Notes: generated from the sequence alone by a model not told the origin. 64,000 nucleotides of DNA from Octopus vulgaris (GCA_951406725.2 OX597821.1:18662001-18726000), one strand, 5' to 3'; positions 29,944 to 43,139 are shown, counted from the first letter of the stretch. Program-made: numbers and translations.

Positions 29944-30112
29944 TGATGCTGGAGTGTTTATGTCCCCATAACCTAGCGGTTCGGCAAAAGAGAAAGTTAA
30001 AATAAGTACTAGGCTTACAAAGAATAAGTCCTGGGGTCGATGTCTTCAACTAAAACTCTTTAAGGCGGCGCTCCAGCATGGCCGGAGTCAAATGACTGAA
30101 ACACATAAGAGA
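29944..30112 (+). mobile_element. SINE family A 3' half
   Basis: GATGCTGG.GTGTTTATGTCCCC..GCGGTTCGGCAAAAGAG..CAAATGACTGAAAC. Confidence 0.75.
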
Positions 30113-30349
30113 ATATGAAAATATGAGAAAGACAAAAAAACACAACACTCCAATGAAAGTGCTTTGTTAATTCCAATAACATTGGAAGGAAACGAACAGA
30201 TTTCTTTGACAGTCAATATAAAGTTGGAAAAAATATGCAATGGAATTTTGTCACTGATCAGATTGAGTCCATATATAGGAAAGTTTTTGATGATTATAGC
30301 GGAAAATACTATCACAAAATAAAACCAGCCAAAGTGAATATAACGGTAT

Positions 30350-30670
30350 ACGATAATGGCATGGCAAATATGATGGCGATGATGATAAGGCTGTTGCTAT
30401 TGTTGTTGTTGTTGATGATGATAATGATGATGATGACAATGATAAAATGAAAGATACTACTGTTGTTGTTGCTGCTGTTGTTGCTGTTGCTGGTGATGAT
30501 GGCGATAATAGTCATTAAAGTGATAATTGTGATGATGATGATGATGATAGCAATGTTGCTGAGGTTGATAATTATAAGTGTTACTATGACAATGATGATG
30601 ATGATGACGATGATGATAGTGGCGATGATATTGTTTTTGTTGATGATACTAAGGGTGATGGTGGCAGCGA
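30350..30670. repeat. Degenerate (GAT/GTT)n low-complexity tract
   Basis: Imperfect trinucleotide repeats. A similar tract lies at 31400-31635, and (GTAT)n at 30855-31190. Confidence 0.85.
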
Positions 30671-32280
30671 AATAAATTTTCCACTTTAGATAACAATTTT
30701 TCTCTTCTGGATTTTTTTGCGTGTGAACTTAACCAATCAAAACATCGATGGAAATCAATATGGCCGCTGAAGATAGATTGGAAGATAAATTAAAATTTCT
30801 TTCTTTCTTTCTTTCTTTCTTTCTTTTTCTTTTTTCTTTTTCCCCTTGTTTCATCTATGTATGTACGTATGTATATATGTATGTATTTATGTATGTACGT
30901 ACGTATGTATGTATGTATGTATGTATGTATGTATGTATGTATGTATGTATGTATGTATGTATGTATGTATGTATGTATGTATGTACGTATGTATGTATGT
31001 ATGTATGTATGTATCTATGTATGTACATATGTATGTATGTATGTATGTATTTATGTATGTACGTAAGTATGTATGTATGTATGTATTTATGTATGTATGT
31101 ATGTATGTACGTATGTATGTATTTATGTATGTATGTATTTATGTATGTATGTATGTATGTATTTATGTATGTATTTATGTATGTATGTATCTATTTTCTT
31201 TCTTTCTTTCTTTCTTTCTTTCTCCTTTCCTTTCTTTTATATTTCTTTTTGCCATTCTGTCGTATATCAATTATCAATCCCCACCCCACACCATAAATCA
31301 ACAAATTTTGACGGTAACGTTTTCATGATATCACTCATTCTCAAATAAAATTCTTGATAATGATTATTGATATAAAATTCAATAATTTATCATCCTTTAT
31401 GATACTGACGACGACCACGACGACGACAATGAAGATAATGATGGTGTTGATGATGACGATGTGGATGATAACGATCATGAATATAATAATGATAGTGATG
31501 GTGTTGGTGATGATAATAGTGATGATGATGATGATGATTTTAACTGTAGTGGTGGAGGTGGTGTCGATGGTGATTGTGGGGATGATGATGATGATAATGA
31601 GGGTAACTAAGATGACCCAGTTGATAATGGAGTATTAATTCATGAGGAGGCCTGTTCGGATTCTTACACTCGCTTTTATCATTATAGTCAGTCGATCATC
31701 TAAAAAATAACAGCCAAATCTCCGTCAAATCAAATCCTAACGTCCTGGGGGGGGGGGGGAACGTATTAAGTACTAGTGTCGTAGGTGAACTGTGCATAGA
31801 GAAAAAACAAACAAAATAAAACTGGATGGTCAACGCTTGGAACGGCCGAAATGTGAGGTACTTGTATACAGAATCAAAGCTGCCATTGAACAAAGCAAGA
31901 GCAACAAAAGCTACGGAGTTTCCATGACTTTCTAGAGACCATTTCACTTAGTTCTAATAAGGAACAGCCAATTGATTTGTATATTACTACTATAGACACA
32001 ATCACAAATTAATATATAGATATTTATATACAAAGCTCCCTCTCGCAATATTTGTGTACATACAATGTAAAATTTGTACAGTCAACAAATGACAATCTTA
32101 GTAGTGCTAAAAGGATTCAAACTTAGACTCCGATGTCTTTACATGGATCAATTCCACGGAGTAAAGAATGTCTGTAAGATGAGGGATCAAGTTGAGCAGA
32201 TATGGAGGCAATTATGCGGATAAATGAATTAGATATATTAAATATAACAGTTTGGACATGAAACACAAAATATGTAAATA

Positions 32281-32499
32281 TATTTCTTTATTACCCACAA
32301 GGGGCTAAACATAGAGGGGACAAACAAGGACAGGCAAACGGATTAAGTCGATTACATTGACCCCAGTGCGTAACTGGTACTTTATTTATCGACCCCGAAA
32401 GGATGAAAGGTAAAGTCGACCTCGGCGAAATTTGAACTCAGAACGTAGCAACAGACGAAATACCGCTGAGCATTTCACCCGGCGTGTCAGCCCGCCGCC
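32281..32499 (-). mobile_element. SINE family B, full length
   Basis: tRNA-like head with B-box GAGTTCAAAT, core CTTTCATCCTTTCGGGGTCGATAAA and tail ending GGTAATAAAGAAATA. Confidence 0.85.
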
Positions 32500-32502
32500 T
32501 TT

Positions 32503-32787
32503 TCTGCCAGTTGGGTTGGGTGGTTTTCAGTGTAATGTTGTCTAGTTCTTTGGCGCGTTTTATTCCATACTCTATAAGGGTGGAGGGATATTGGCATTGT
32601 AATAGTGTTTTTTTGAGGTCTTGAAGGCGTATTTCTTGAATTTTTGGATCCGAGACAATGGTGCATACCCTTTTAGCTAAGTTGAAAGAGATATTTGTCT
32701 TGGTGTGTTTTGGGTGGCATGAACTAAAGAGGAGGTATTGTTGTGAGTCTGTAGGTTTGTGGTAGATGTCTGTTATGATTTGGTTCT
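32503..32787 (-). mobile_element. Penelope-like RT thumb fragment
   Basis: Open minus frame [61 protein letters not shown], the classic PLE T..Y.KPT...YL.F.S.HP motif. Confidence 0.85.
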
Positions 32788-32923
32788 TACGTATATATAT
32801 ATATATATGTATATATATATGTATATATATATAAGAAATATATATATATGTATATATGTATGTATATGCATATATATATCTATCTATCTATATCTATCTA
32901 TCTATCTATATAATATATATATA

Positions 32924-32982
<59 letters not shown>

Positions 32983-33107
32983 CATTAACAATCAAGGAAC
33001 GGCCATAATAGGCCATTCACCCACTAGAAATAACAGCCAAAAGCTTTAACCGCAAAATAACGTCAATTCCGTAAACCAGGAGAAAATTGAAAAACATTTA
33101 CCCTGTA

Positions 33108-33214
33108 ATTTCTTAGACGATGCACCGTTTCATCTTCTGTTTAATGGAAAACTAACCTGATTAAATTAAATCAAGCCAATCTACCATAGGCCCTTAGATT
33201 CATCAGTAAGAAAT
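33108..33214 (-). ncRNA. Type I hammerhead ribozyme, copy 1
   Basis: Minus strand: ATTTCTTA-CTGATGA-ATCT[long extension]AGAT-GAAAC-GGTGCATC-GTC-TAAGAAAT. 8-bp stem I, intact core, stem III with TGCA loop, GUC site. Confidence 0.88.
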
Positions 33215-33599
33215 AGCCAAACCGGAACAGATATTTTTCACGAGGCATTCTCATTGCTACCTCGTCAATATCTGACCTAAAATTTTCAAATCGTCGCACT
33301 CGCGCCAAATTTATCGGCAGCAAATAAATATAAGCCGCCGATTCCATTACGGAATTAACCAGAAAATTCATAATTAATCAATATAGGGTGGCAAAAAAAA
33401 TTTTGTAGAATTCTTTTGCCTCCAGCGGCCTAGTGGGAAAAAATTAAATAGTCATAAACCATTTTTAAGTTCAACATTAACAATCAAGGAACGGCCATAA
33501 TAGGCCATTCACCCACTAGAAATAACAGCCAAAAGCTTTAACCGCAAAATAACGTCAATTCCGTAAACCAGGAGAAAATTGAAAAACATTTACCCTGTA

Positions 33600-33706
33600 A
33601 TTTCTTAGACGATGCACCGTTTCATCTTCTGTTTAATGGAAAACTAACCTGATTAAATTAAATCAAGCCAATCTACCATAGGCCCTTAGATTCATCAGTA
33701 AGAAAT
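33600..33706 (-). ncRNA. Type I hammerhead ribozyme, copy 2
   Basis: Same sequence as copy 1, 492 bp away. Confidence 0.88.
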
Positions 33707-33929
33707 AGCCAAACCGGAACAGATTTTTTCACGAGGCATTCTCATTGCTACCTCGTCAATATCTGACCTAAAATTTTCAAATCGTCGCACTCGCGCCAAA
33801 TTTATCGGCCGTTCCTTGATTGTTAATGTTGAACTTAAAAATGGTTTATGACTATTTAATTTTTTCCCACTAGGCCGCTGGAGGCAAAAGAATTCTACAA
33901 AATTTTTTTTTGCCACCCTATATTGATTA

Positions 33930-33999
<70 letters not shown>

Positions 34000-34094
34000 A
34001 TTTGTATACATACGTACTTGTTTGTGTATGCTTGTATGTATACGTGTATATGTACCTGTCTGCGAGTGTCTGCTTAAAGTATACAGAACTCACG

Positions 34095-34446
34095 TTCTGG
34101 GTTCAGTCCTATTGCGTGCACCTTGGGCAAGTGACTTCTACTATAGCCTCGGGTCGATCAAAGCCTTGTAAGTGGATTTGGTAGACGGAAATTGAAAGAA
34201 TTCCGTCGTATATATGTATATATAGATATATATATATGTGTGTGTTTGTGTGTCTGGTTGTTCCCCGCCCCCATCATCGCTTAACAACCGATGCTGGTGT
34301 GTTTACGTCCCCGTAACTTAGCGGTTAGGCCAAAGATACCGATAGAATAAGTACTAAACTTTCAAAGATTAAGTCCTGCGGTCGATTTATCGACTAAAGG
34401 CGGTGCTCCAGTTAAATTACTGAAACAAGTAAAAGAGTAAAAGAGA
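34095..34446 (+). mobile_element. SINE family A (5' clipped)
   Basis: GGGTTCAGTCC..CACCTTGGGCAAGTG..CTGAAACAAGTAAAAGAGTAAAAGAG. Confidence 0.8.
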
Positions 34447-34976
34447 TATACCTATATCTATATATATATATTTAAAACACTTGAAATAGTTTTATCTTGA
34501 AAGCCGTGGTCATGCTGGAGCACCACCATTGGCTTTGCTACACATTCTCTATTTGAAACCTCCTCTGATATGTGACATTTAGTGTATGAGGGAGTTTGAT
34601 GCTGCTACCTTCATCTGTGTTTCCTGCCGTGAGGTAGGCTCATCCGAAAGTGATCAAATTCTGTTATGAAGGCACCTACACCATGCAGCTCACTCTGGCA
34701 TTTTGAAAGGATATTGAAGAATTGAGGCTCTTGAAATCCAAGCTGTTACAGTATCTACTCATTTTGATAGCAATGTCGTGACCCAAGGCACTATATAGTG
34801 GCGTTCTGCTGTTTGCGTAATTTCCTAGGCCAAAGTTTGGTACAAGTTCTTCCATTTATGTATGTATGTATGTATGTATGTATGTATGTATGTATGTATG
34901 TATGTATGTATGTATGTATGTATACGTGTGTATGCACGTCCGTGTTTATATGTATAGACATATGTATGTACTTGTA

Positions 34977-35060
<84 letters not shown>

Positions 35061-35485
35061 CATCTATCTATATATATACACACACACCCCTATATATGTA
35101 CACAAACAGACACAAACGTCTGAGCAGAATACTTTGGTTAATAGTTTGCAGAGTGAACCAATGCCAAACCATCGATGAAAATAATCTATAGAGTTAGAGA
35201 CAAAAAAACAAACATAAAATAAATATATAAGCAATTCTCACAACAAATAAAGCCAAATCACAGACAGAGAAATGCCATGCCTCCCTCACCGCTTCCCATC
35301 ATTCTATGCAAGACCAATAAATTGCTGCAGTGTTATGAATAGCAATCAGGTCTGCGACAGTCTTGGCACTGTAAAAGGTACCAAAATAAGGAACCTTAAA
35401 TAACAATGCTGCATTTCCATATTTTATTGCTTCTACCTTTGTTTTATTATACATACATACATACATACATACATACATACATACA

Positions 35486-35519
<34 letters not shown>

Positions 35520-35557
35520 CATACATACATACATACATACATACATGCATACATATG

Positions 35558-35589
<32 letters not shown>

Positions 35590-35725
35590 GTTATATATAT
35601 ATATACATAATTATATATATATATATATACGTATGTATTTATATATATATATATGCATGTGTGTATATATATATATATATATATATGTATATACACTCAT
35701 ACACACAGGTATTCATACATATACA

Positions 35726-35774
<49 letters not shown>

Positions 35775-36619
35775 ATATGTATGTATACATACATGCATAT
35801 ATATGCATGCATATATATGTGTGTGATTGTGTATGTAAATACAAGCATATATGTATAAATATACATATATATATGTTTGTATACATACGTACATTTTTGT
35901 GTATGCTTGTATGTATATGTGTATATGTACCCGTCTACGAGTGTCTGCTTAAAGTATACAGAATTCACGTTTTATCTGTTTTGTTTTGTAAAAAAGTTTT
36001 CGCATTTTTGTATTACTCCACTTCAATGCGTTAGGAAGAGAATATCGTCCTTTCTATAAGCATAAAATTGTCTTGACATTCGCGCTTTTTTTTGTTCTGG
36101 ATAAAACAGATTGTTATTTGTAAGATTTCTCTTTCATTCAAAGTAGGTATCATAACTCACGGTTGGTTATTGTTGGGCAAGTGTCACACTGTTGGCGATA
36201 CGCTACAGAAGTCATTATCGTCAGATTTGAAATTTCCACAGGTGTCCTATCCGGAATTAGGAACTAATTCTTGTTTGTTACCTGGGTGCACTAACTATGT
36301 GTACGTTTTAAGCTTTCTATTTTGTTTATAAATCGTTCTGAGTATCTTATTTGAAGATGCGTCATCTTTTGGTTAGATTATCGAGTTCGAGATCGTAAAG
36401 CCATGGGTTCGATTTACGGACTTGCCGCCAAGTATATTACTCATTTCACGTTGCTCCAGTCCATTAAGTTGTAAATGAGTACTAGCCACAGCAGCACCTG
36501 AGCATTAAACTTACAACTGGTTGTCGTCCTATCCAGCAAAAGAGTTTAAAGACATGAGTAGCAAGTATCCGGTTCTCCATTTCGCTATATTAAGTCTATC
36601 CTTGTAACTCTAGTTGGTG

Positions 36620-36718
<99 letters not shown>

Positions 36719-36770
36719 CATCTATCTATCTATCTGTCTGTGTGTGTGTGTCTGTCTATTAGTCTGTCTG

Positions 36771-36840
<70 letters not shown>

Positions 36841-36843
<3 letters not shown>

Positions 36844-37057
36844 TCCTTTTCTTTTTATTCTTTTTATTCTTTTTATTTATTATTAAAAAAAAATTTTTTT
36901 TTTGTTCTTTTCTTCCCTTTTACGATCCCTTTTGATCGAAAACCTACGCCACCCCTTTTTTTTTCTTTTGTTTTTAGTTTTTTTCATCCCCCAAAAGAAA
37001 AGCTCTACCTTGTAACTTGTCCCATCTGTGTGCAGCCCTGTGTGGCCAATAAAGAAA
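36841..37057 (+). mobile_element. Tx1-like element copy 2, 3' UTR only (~215 bp), inside (TCTA)n
   Basis: Near-identical to 42710-42922 (GATCGAAAACCTACGCCACCCC..AAGCTCTACCTTGTAACTTGTCCCATCTGTGTGCAGCCCTGTGTGGCCAATAAAGAAA). (TCTA)n lies at 36620-36840 and 37060-37138. Confidence 0.9.
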
Positions 37058-37058
37058 C

Positions 37059-37139
<81 letters not shown>

Positions 37140-37148
37140 GAACTCTGC

Positions 37149-37179
<31 letters not shown>

Positions 37180-37804
37180 GATATACTATTTAACTCTCTC
37201 TCTCTCTCTCTGTCGCTCACTTTGTTTGGACCAGTAAATGTTTCGAACCCATGCATTTAGTTAAATTTTGTATAAATGTTGCAAAATAAGAAATCTGTTT
37301 TCTAAAATGTAACTTAGTTTTTGATGCTTTGACATTGGAATTTCAGTATAGAGTTTTCCTGACGTCTATGATAACATATTTTATTATTCATTATAAAATT
37401 AGGTCGAAGTTGTCAAATTCAGAAGTTCATTCTCTATAGATTGTGAATAATTTACAGCATGAAAATACTCAGGTCTTGATATTGACAGGGAAGATTTTAT
37501 CTGGATTTAATTTTATGCAAAGAGACAATAATTTAACATCTTGATTGATTAAGTTGATACAAAATTTATGCTTCTAAATGATATTCGATTATATATTAAA
37601 ACATAAGATATTATATAAGAAAAGACAGGGATTTTAGTCATACGAACATCTTTTTAATATGAAAATAAGGATAGAATACATCGCACTGAGATTTGTTGAA
37701 GCTTTTCTAATGTACAGTAGCAAAATAATATCATAAACAGATAATCTGATTTTATTCAATAATTACGATTTTTAAAAAATTCTTGACATAAAGGTAATAA
37801 TAGA

Positions 37805-38086
37805 TAACTACTGAAAGGTGAAAAAGTATCTGGCACTCCATCGGTTATGACGACGAGAGTTCCATTTGATCCAATTAACAGAACAGCCTACGTGCAAGTG
37901 GCTGAGCACTCCATAGACGTCTGTACCTTTAACGTAGTTCTGAGGGAGATTCAGTGTGACGCAGAATGTGACAACACTAACTCTTTGAAATAGGAGGTAC
38001 TACACATTTTTGCCAGCTGAGTGGATTGGAGCCAAGTGAAATAAAGTGTCTTGTGTAAGAACACAGCGCGTTGGCAAGAATCGAAT
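37805..38086 (-). mobile_element. Third SINE family (C), diverged
   Basis: Minus strand TTCGATTC..CAAGACACTTTATTTCACTTGGCTCCAATCCACTCAGCTGGCAAAAATG. A related motif is at 36440-36485 (+). Confidence 0.55.
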
Positions 38087-38087
38087 T

Positions 38088-38310
38088 ACTCTTACTCTTT
38101 TACTTGTTTCAGTCATTTGACTGTGGCCATGCTGGAGCACCGCCTTTAGTCGAGCAAATCGATCCCAGGACTTATTCTTTGTAAGCCTAGTACTTATTTT
38201 ACCGGTCTCTTTTTCCGAACCACGAAGTTACGGGGACGTAAACACAACATCATCGGTTGTCAAGCGATGCTGGGGGGACAAATACAAACACATAAATACA
38301 CACACACACC
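38088..38310 (-). mobile_element. SINE family A 3' half
   Basis: Reverse complement of the family A tail and body. A head remnant lies at 38575-38680. Confidence 0.8.
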
Positions 38311-39333
38311 TACTAAATGGAGTTGAACGCAGATGTTATTAAAATTCTTTTACTTTCGACATACAATAAACGGTGTAAAATGCAATCTTCTCATCAGGAA
38401 AGAAAGAGAGCCTATCTCAACAACTAGACACTATAACAATTACGATGACTGCATACTATATTCCTTTGGAATAAAACCAATGTTGTCTTCGAAACATGTA
38501 TCGAAAGTAAAAGAATTTTAATAACATCTGCGTTCAGATGTTATTCTACTATAGATGTTCTTCTACTATAGCTCGAGGCTATAGTAGAAGACACTTGCCC
38601 AAGTTGCAACGCAGTTGGAATGAACCCGGAACCATGTGGGTGGTAAGCATGCTACTTACCACACAGTCACTCCTGCACCTATACGATCGTGAGCCGAATT
38701 ATCCTGACCACTACGCCACGCGCCTTCACAGTCGAGGAAGTGACAAGTGTATAACAAAAGCAATAACTTTCAGAGATGTTGTCTCCTAAGAGTTGACATT
38801 CAATACCACCTTTGTGGACTTTTAAACTGTCTCAAGAATAAAATGGCGCGAACCAAATACAAATTCAGAAGTTATATAAGAAAAGGAGACTCCGAAAGAA
38901 TGAAAGGTAAAATTGATTTAGGAGAGGGCTAAACTCAAGGAGTGGAGGGTTTGAATGATTACTGTGTTTCTGTCACTCGACCGTGTTAAGCATATGTATA
39001 TTATAGCTTAGACGTAATATACTAAGTTTCACGTAGCCAAGCTAAATCCGATCAATTCGTGGCGCGGAAAATAGATAACTACTCACATGTGTGTATCAGC
39101 GAGAAAAGGCGTGAAATCGACTCAAGTGCAAAGGGTAAAAACAACAGGAACAACAAGAACACGACAACTACGACAACGACGACAACGACGACGACGACCA
39201 CCACCACCACCACCAACACAACTACAACAGCTTTTGTCTTACTGAAACACTTATATATGGCGGGTAGAGGCATGACATAGTTAGTTTTACTTCGTGTTCG
39301 GTAAACGTAAAATCAGGCTGCCGGTTCATTAAA

Positions 39334-39423
<90 letters not shown>

Positions 39424-39425
<2 letters not shown>

Positions 39426-42400
39426 GGGAACGTCTCGTCCTTTACTCTTAGTGGGGGATTGGAATGCTACCTTGGACACGCATGTAGACTACGTGGGTAG
39501 AAATAGGAATAGACGGGGATGCAAATGCCTCAGAGACCTGCTCAGACGCTTTCAACTGTCTGACAGGTTCCGACTAGACTACCCGAATGCGCCAACGTGG
39601 ACATGGAGCAACCGCATTGGGTCGTCGAGATCGTATCTAGATAGGATACTGTGTAGGACAGATAGCATAGGATGTCCACAATTCCACATAGTCAGCTACA
39701 CGGATCACAAACTTGTGACATGTACGCTAAACTTAGGTAAGACACTTAGGCAGGGTCCCGGATACTGGAAACTAAACGCGTCTTTCCCGTCGAGACAGGT
39801 TTTCAGAGACCGGATTAGCACATTAGTAAAGAGGGCTTTGACGGGAGCCATCATCAACAACAAATGGTGGTTTGCCCTCAAGGGAGCAGTAAAAGCAGAA
39901 GCGATTAGGTACAGCAAAGCACTAGCCATAGATAGAAATAGAGTAGAGAGTGAGCTAGTTAAGAAGCTAGAAGAGGCAATTAGAAGCGGCATCGCATCCG
40001 ACGTTTTGGCGGCGAGGTTGGCCCTCGACCAACACTTCAACGCCAAACACGAAGGATGTGCTGTCAGGGCTAGGATGCGTGCTCTAAGGAACGAAGGTTT
40101 TGGAGTCGCGAGAGAGACCCGGGTGGCAGAGGTGCAACAGGGCAACAAAGCCACCATTCGGTCCCTGGTAGATGAACAGGGGCGCGAATTGCTCGAGCCA
40201 AGTAAAATGTGTGAGGCCTTTCAACAGCATTTTGCCTGACTGTTCGGGACGAGTGGAGGGCAAGAACGTAGGGTGGACTTCAGTGCCTACCTACATAGCC
40301 TACCACGACTCTCGACAAGAGAGGCAGGGTGCTGCGAAGGTGCCATCACGGCGGCGGAAGTGCAGGACGCGATGGCAGAATGCTCGAGGGACACATCACC
40401 GGGTTTGGATGGTCTACCCTACGAGCTTTACAATTGTATGCCAGACTTGTTTGGAGATCTCTTGGCGGCGGTGTACTGCAACTGGCAGCAAAACGGGAGC
40501 ATTCCTGGTTTTGTGAGCCGAGGAGCCGTAACACTGCTGAAGAAAGATCTAAACAAGGGAAATGTAATAGATAACTTTAGGCCCATCACTCTGCTTAATG
40601 CAGACTTGAAAATTTTGGCCAAGGTGCTAGCCAAGAGGTTGGCGCTTGTCATCGAGAAACTGGTCGACAAGGCGCAAACATGCGCCGTGCCGGGCCGGAC
40701 CATCCATGACAACCTCCACCTGATGCGCTACATCATAGACAGGGTAGTTAACGAACCTGGCATGGGTGGGGCGCTGATCAATTTGGATCAATCGAAAGCT
40801 TTCGATAGGGTGGACCATCGATACTTGGAGGCAGTCCTCAGAGCGGCTGGCTTCGGTCCCGTCTTCCGCGGCTGGATAACCGCTTTGTACAGAGGCATCC
40901 GTTCGGTAATTCGCGTAAATGGACATCTATCGAGACCCTTCGACATCGCACGTTCGGTCCGTCAGGGATGCCCCCTCTCGTCGCTTCTATACGTATTGAC
41001 TCTCGAGCCATTATTGCGGAAGCTGGCAACTTTGAGGGGCATCCCGCGAGAATTGGGATGCGGGACGAGCGTGTCTGCATACGTGGACGACGTCACCGTC
41101 ATAGTGTCTAGCCACGAGCACATCGAGCAGGTCGGCGAGACACTGAAAAACTACGAAGCGGTGACAGGAGCGAAAATCAACCGGGAAAAGTCAGTGGGCT
41201 TGCGACTAGGCACCTGGAGAAGCAAGCCCATGCCGTCCACCAGCGCCTCCGTCGTGGGACGCTGGACCGACGGCTCGGTTGAGTTGCTCGGGTTCTGGTT
41301 TGGTCCGGACCTCCAAGTGGAGAAGAACTGGAACGAGATAACGAGTAGGGCGGTCACTCTCGCCCGGCAATGGGCCGAGAGGAAACTGTCCCTAAAAGGT
41401 CGGGCGGAGGTGGCGAACGCGTACATCGCGTCCGTCATCTACTACCGCCTGACCGTGGTGCCTTGTCCCGACCCTACCATCACCAAACTAGAACGCATTC
41501 TCTTTCGCTTCTTGTGGAAAGGATGCGTCCCGATGGTCAGGCGATCCATTTGCTGTCAACACCCGTTAAAAGGAGGACTGGGCATGCCGTGGTTGATGAT
41601 GCGCAGACACGCGCTGAGACTGCGACATCTCAGGCTCTTCGTAGACGACGGTGAACAGGTGTGGTCGCCGTTTGTGAGGCACGCTTTCCTGCAGCTCGTC
41701 TCCATGACCGAACTGCAGTCGTGGATCAAAAAGAGGCTGAGGAAGGGCGATTGGCACCGCGAGTGTCGCGTTGCTCTCAAGCAACTCTGCCGTCCTGGGT
41801 CGACCTTGAGTGACTTCATTACAATCAAAGCATTCTATAGGGGATTAGTGGAGTGGAGGTACGACGACGAGCTCGGGGCGAACCTGGACGTCGACGAGGA
41901 GTACCTGACCCGCCTGTTCGGGACGACTTTCGGGCCAGGGCCCATGGACAACTTCCAGAGATCCCTGGCCTGGCAGTGCTACCGAGAAGCGCTACCCGTT
42001 CGGGATAAGCTCTACAGACACGGCTCGAGAAACACGGGGCCGACCTGCCCGAGATGCGGTCAGAGCGACGAAACCGTTCTGCACGCACTCGTGCAGTGTC
42101 CAACAATTTTCGACCTGTGGGCTTATGTCGAACAACTGCTGTCACGTGTGGGACGAGTCGGTTTATCAGCTGAGTCTATCGTCAATATTGTCACGCCTCC
42201 TTCCTTCAGACGGGAAGGAAGAGCTATTTTCATCATCCTTGTGGCTATGGCGAAAGAATGTATCTGGTGGACGCGTCTGAAAGGATTGGAGACAAACACT
42301 TTCCTCTCTGGTCAATCTCTCATCAACTTCTTCAAGTACCACTTGAAAAGGAAAGTGAGAGTAGAGAGGCAAGTTTTGTCTAGCGAATGTTTAAAAAAAA

Positions 42401-42465
42401 GATGGGTGAATGTAGCAAGGATGGCACGTATGAGTGACGAAGCCACCTTGAGCATAATCCTATGA
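39424..42465 (+). pseudogene. Tx1 ORF2 (partial APE, RT, zinc finger) with a single stop
   Basis: ORFs 39424..40239 and 40273..42465 are in one frame, separated by TGA at 40237. Motifs SPGLDG, LDQSKAFDRV, QGCPLS, YVDD, CPRC..H...C. Confidence 0.93.
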
Positions 42466-42921
42466 ATCCAGAAATTGAAAACAGAGGGTTACCCACTTGC
42501 AAACAAATGTGGTAACATATAACAATATTGACCAAGGTTACCATGGTCTTTTTCGTAGGCTTTTCTTCCCACGGATAAACCTTACTTGCTTTCCCCTTTA
42601 CACCATATATCATAACACTGTGATACACGATCCCTATTAATCGTTTATTTTTCCTCTTCCCCTTTTTCCCCTTTTTTCTTCTTTTTTCATTTCTCTTTTC
42701 TTTTGTTCCTTTTCCTTTCCCTCTTTTTTTATTTTTATTTTTTTATTTTTTATTTTATTTTTTTTTGTTCTTTTCTTCCCTTTTACGATACCTCTTGATC
42801 GAAAACCTACGCCACCCCTTTTTTTGTTTCTTTTGTTTTTTGTTTTTTTCATCCCCCAAAAGAAAAGCTCTACCTTGTAACTTGTCCCATCTGTGTGCAG
42901 CCCTGTGTGGCCAATAAAGAA

Positions 42922-42922
<1 letters not shown>
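39424..42922 (+). mobile_element. Tx1-like element copy 3, 5'-truncated within the APE domain, inside (TCTA)n
   Basis: Colinear with copy 1 from position 4268. (TCTA)n lies at 39334-39423 and 42923-43103. Ends AATAAAGAAA without a poly(A) tail. Confidence 0.95.
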
Positions 42923-43015
<93 letters not shown>

Positions 43016-43016
43016 A

Positions 43017-43103
<87 letters not shown>

Positions 43104-43139
43104 TTGTTTGCCTGTCTAGCTATGCATACTTTAGTGTTT

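Larger units (their letters stand above)
32983..33930 (-). mobile_element. Non-coding 492-bp tandem repeat with hammerhead ribozymes and a terminal inversion (retrozyme/PLE-derived)
   Basis: The unit starting CATTAACAATCAAGG recurs at 32983 and 33475. 33808-33930 is an inverted piece of the unit. Both flanks are (TA)n. Confidence 0.85.

Noticed and set aside
30235-31638. Hydrophobic Met/Leu/Val ORFs resembling membrane proteins
   Set aside because: Products of (GAT/GTT)n low-complexity DNA.
32983-33930. CRISPR array or simple assembly duplication
   Set aside because: There are no short repeats with unique spacers. A homologous diverged locus with the same architecture exists at 51.1 kb, and the two units differ by a small indel.
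38830-39333. Host promoter (TATA-, YY1- and E2F-like words)
   Set aside because: Short motifs expected by chance; no linked exon or transcript evidence.
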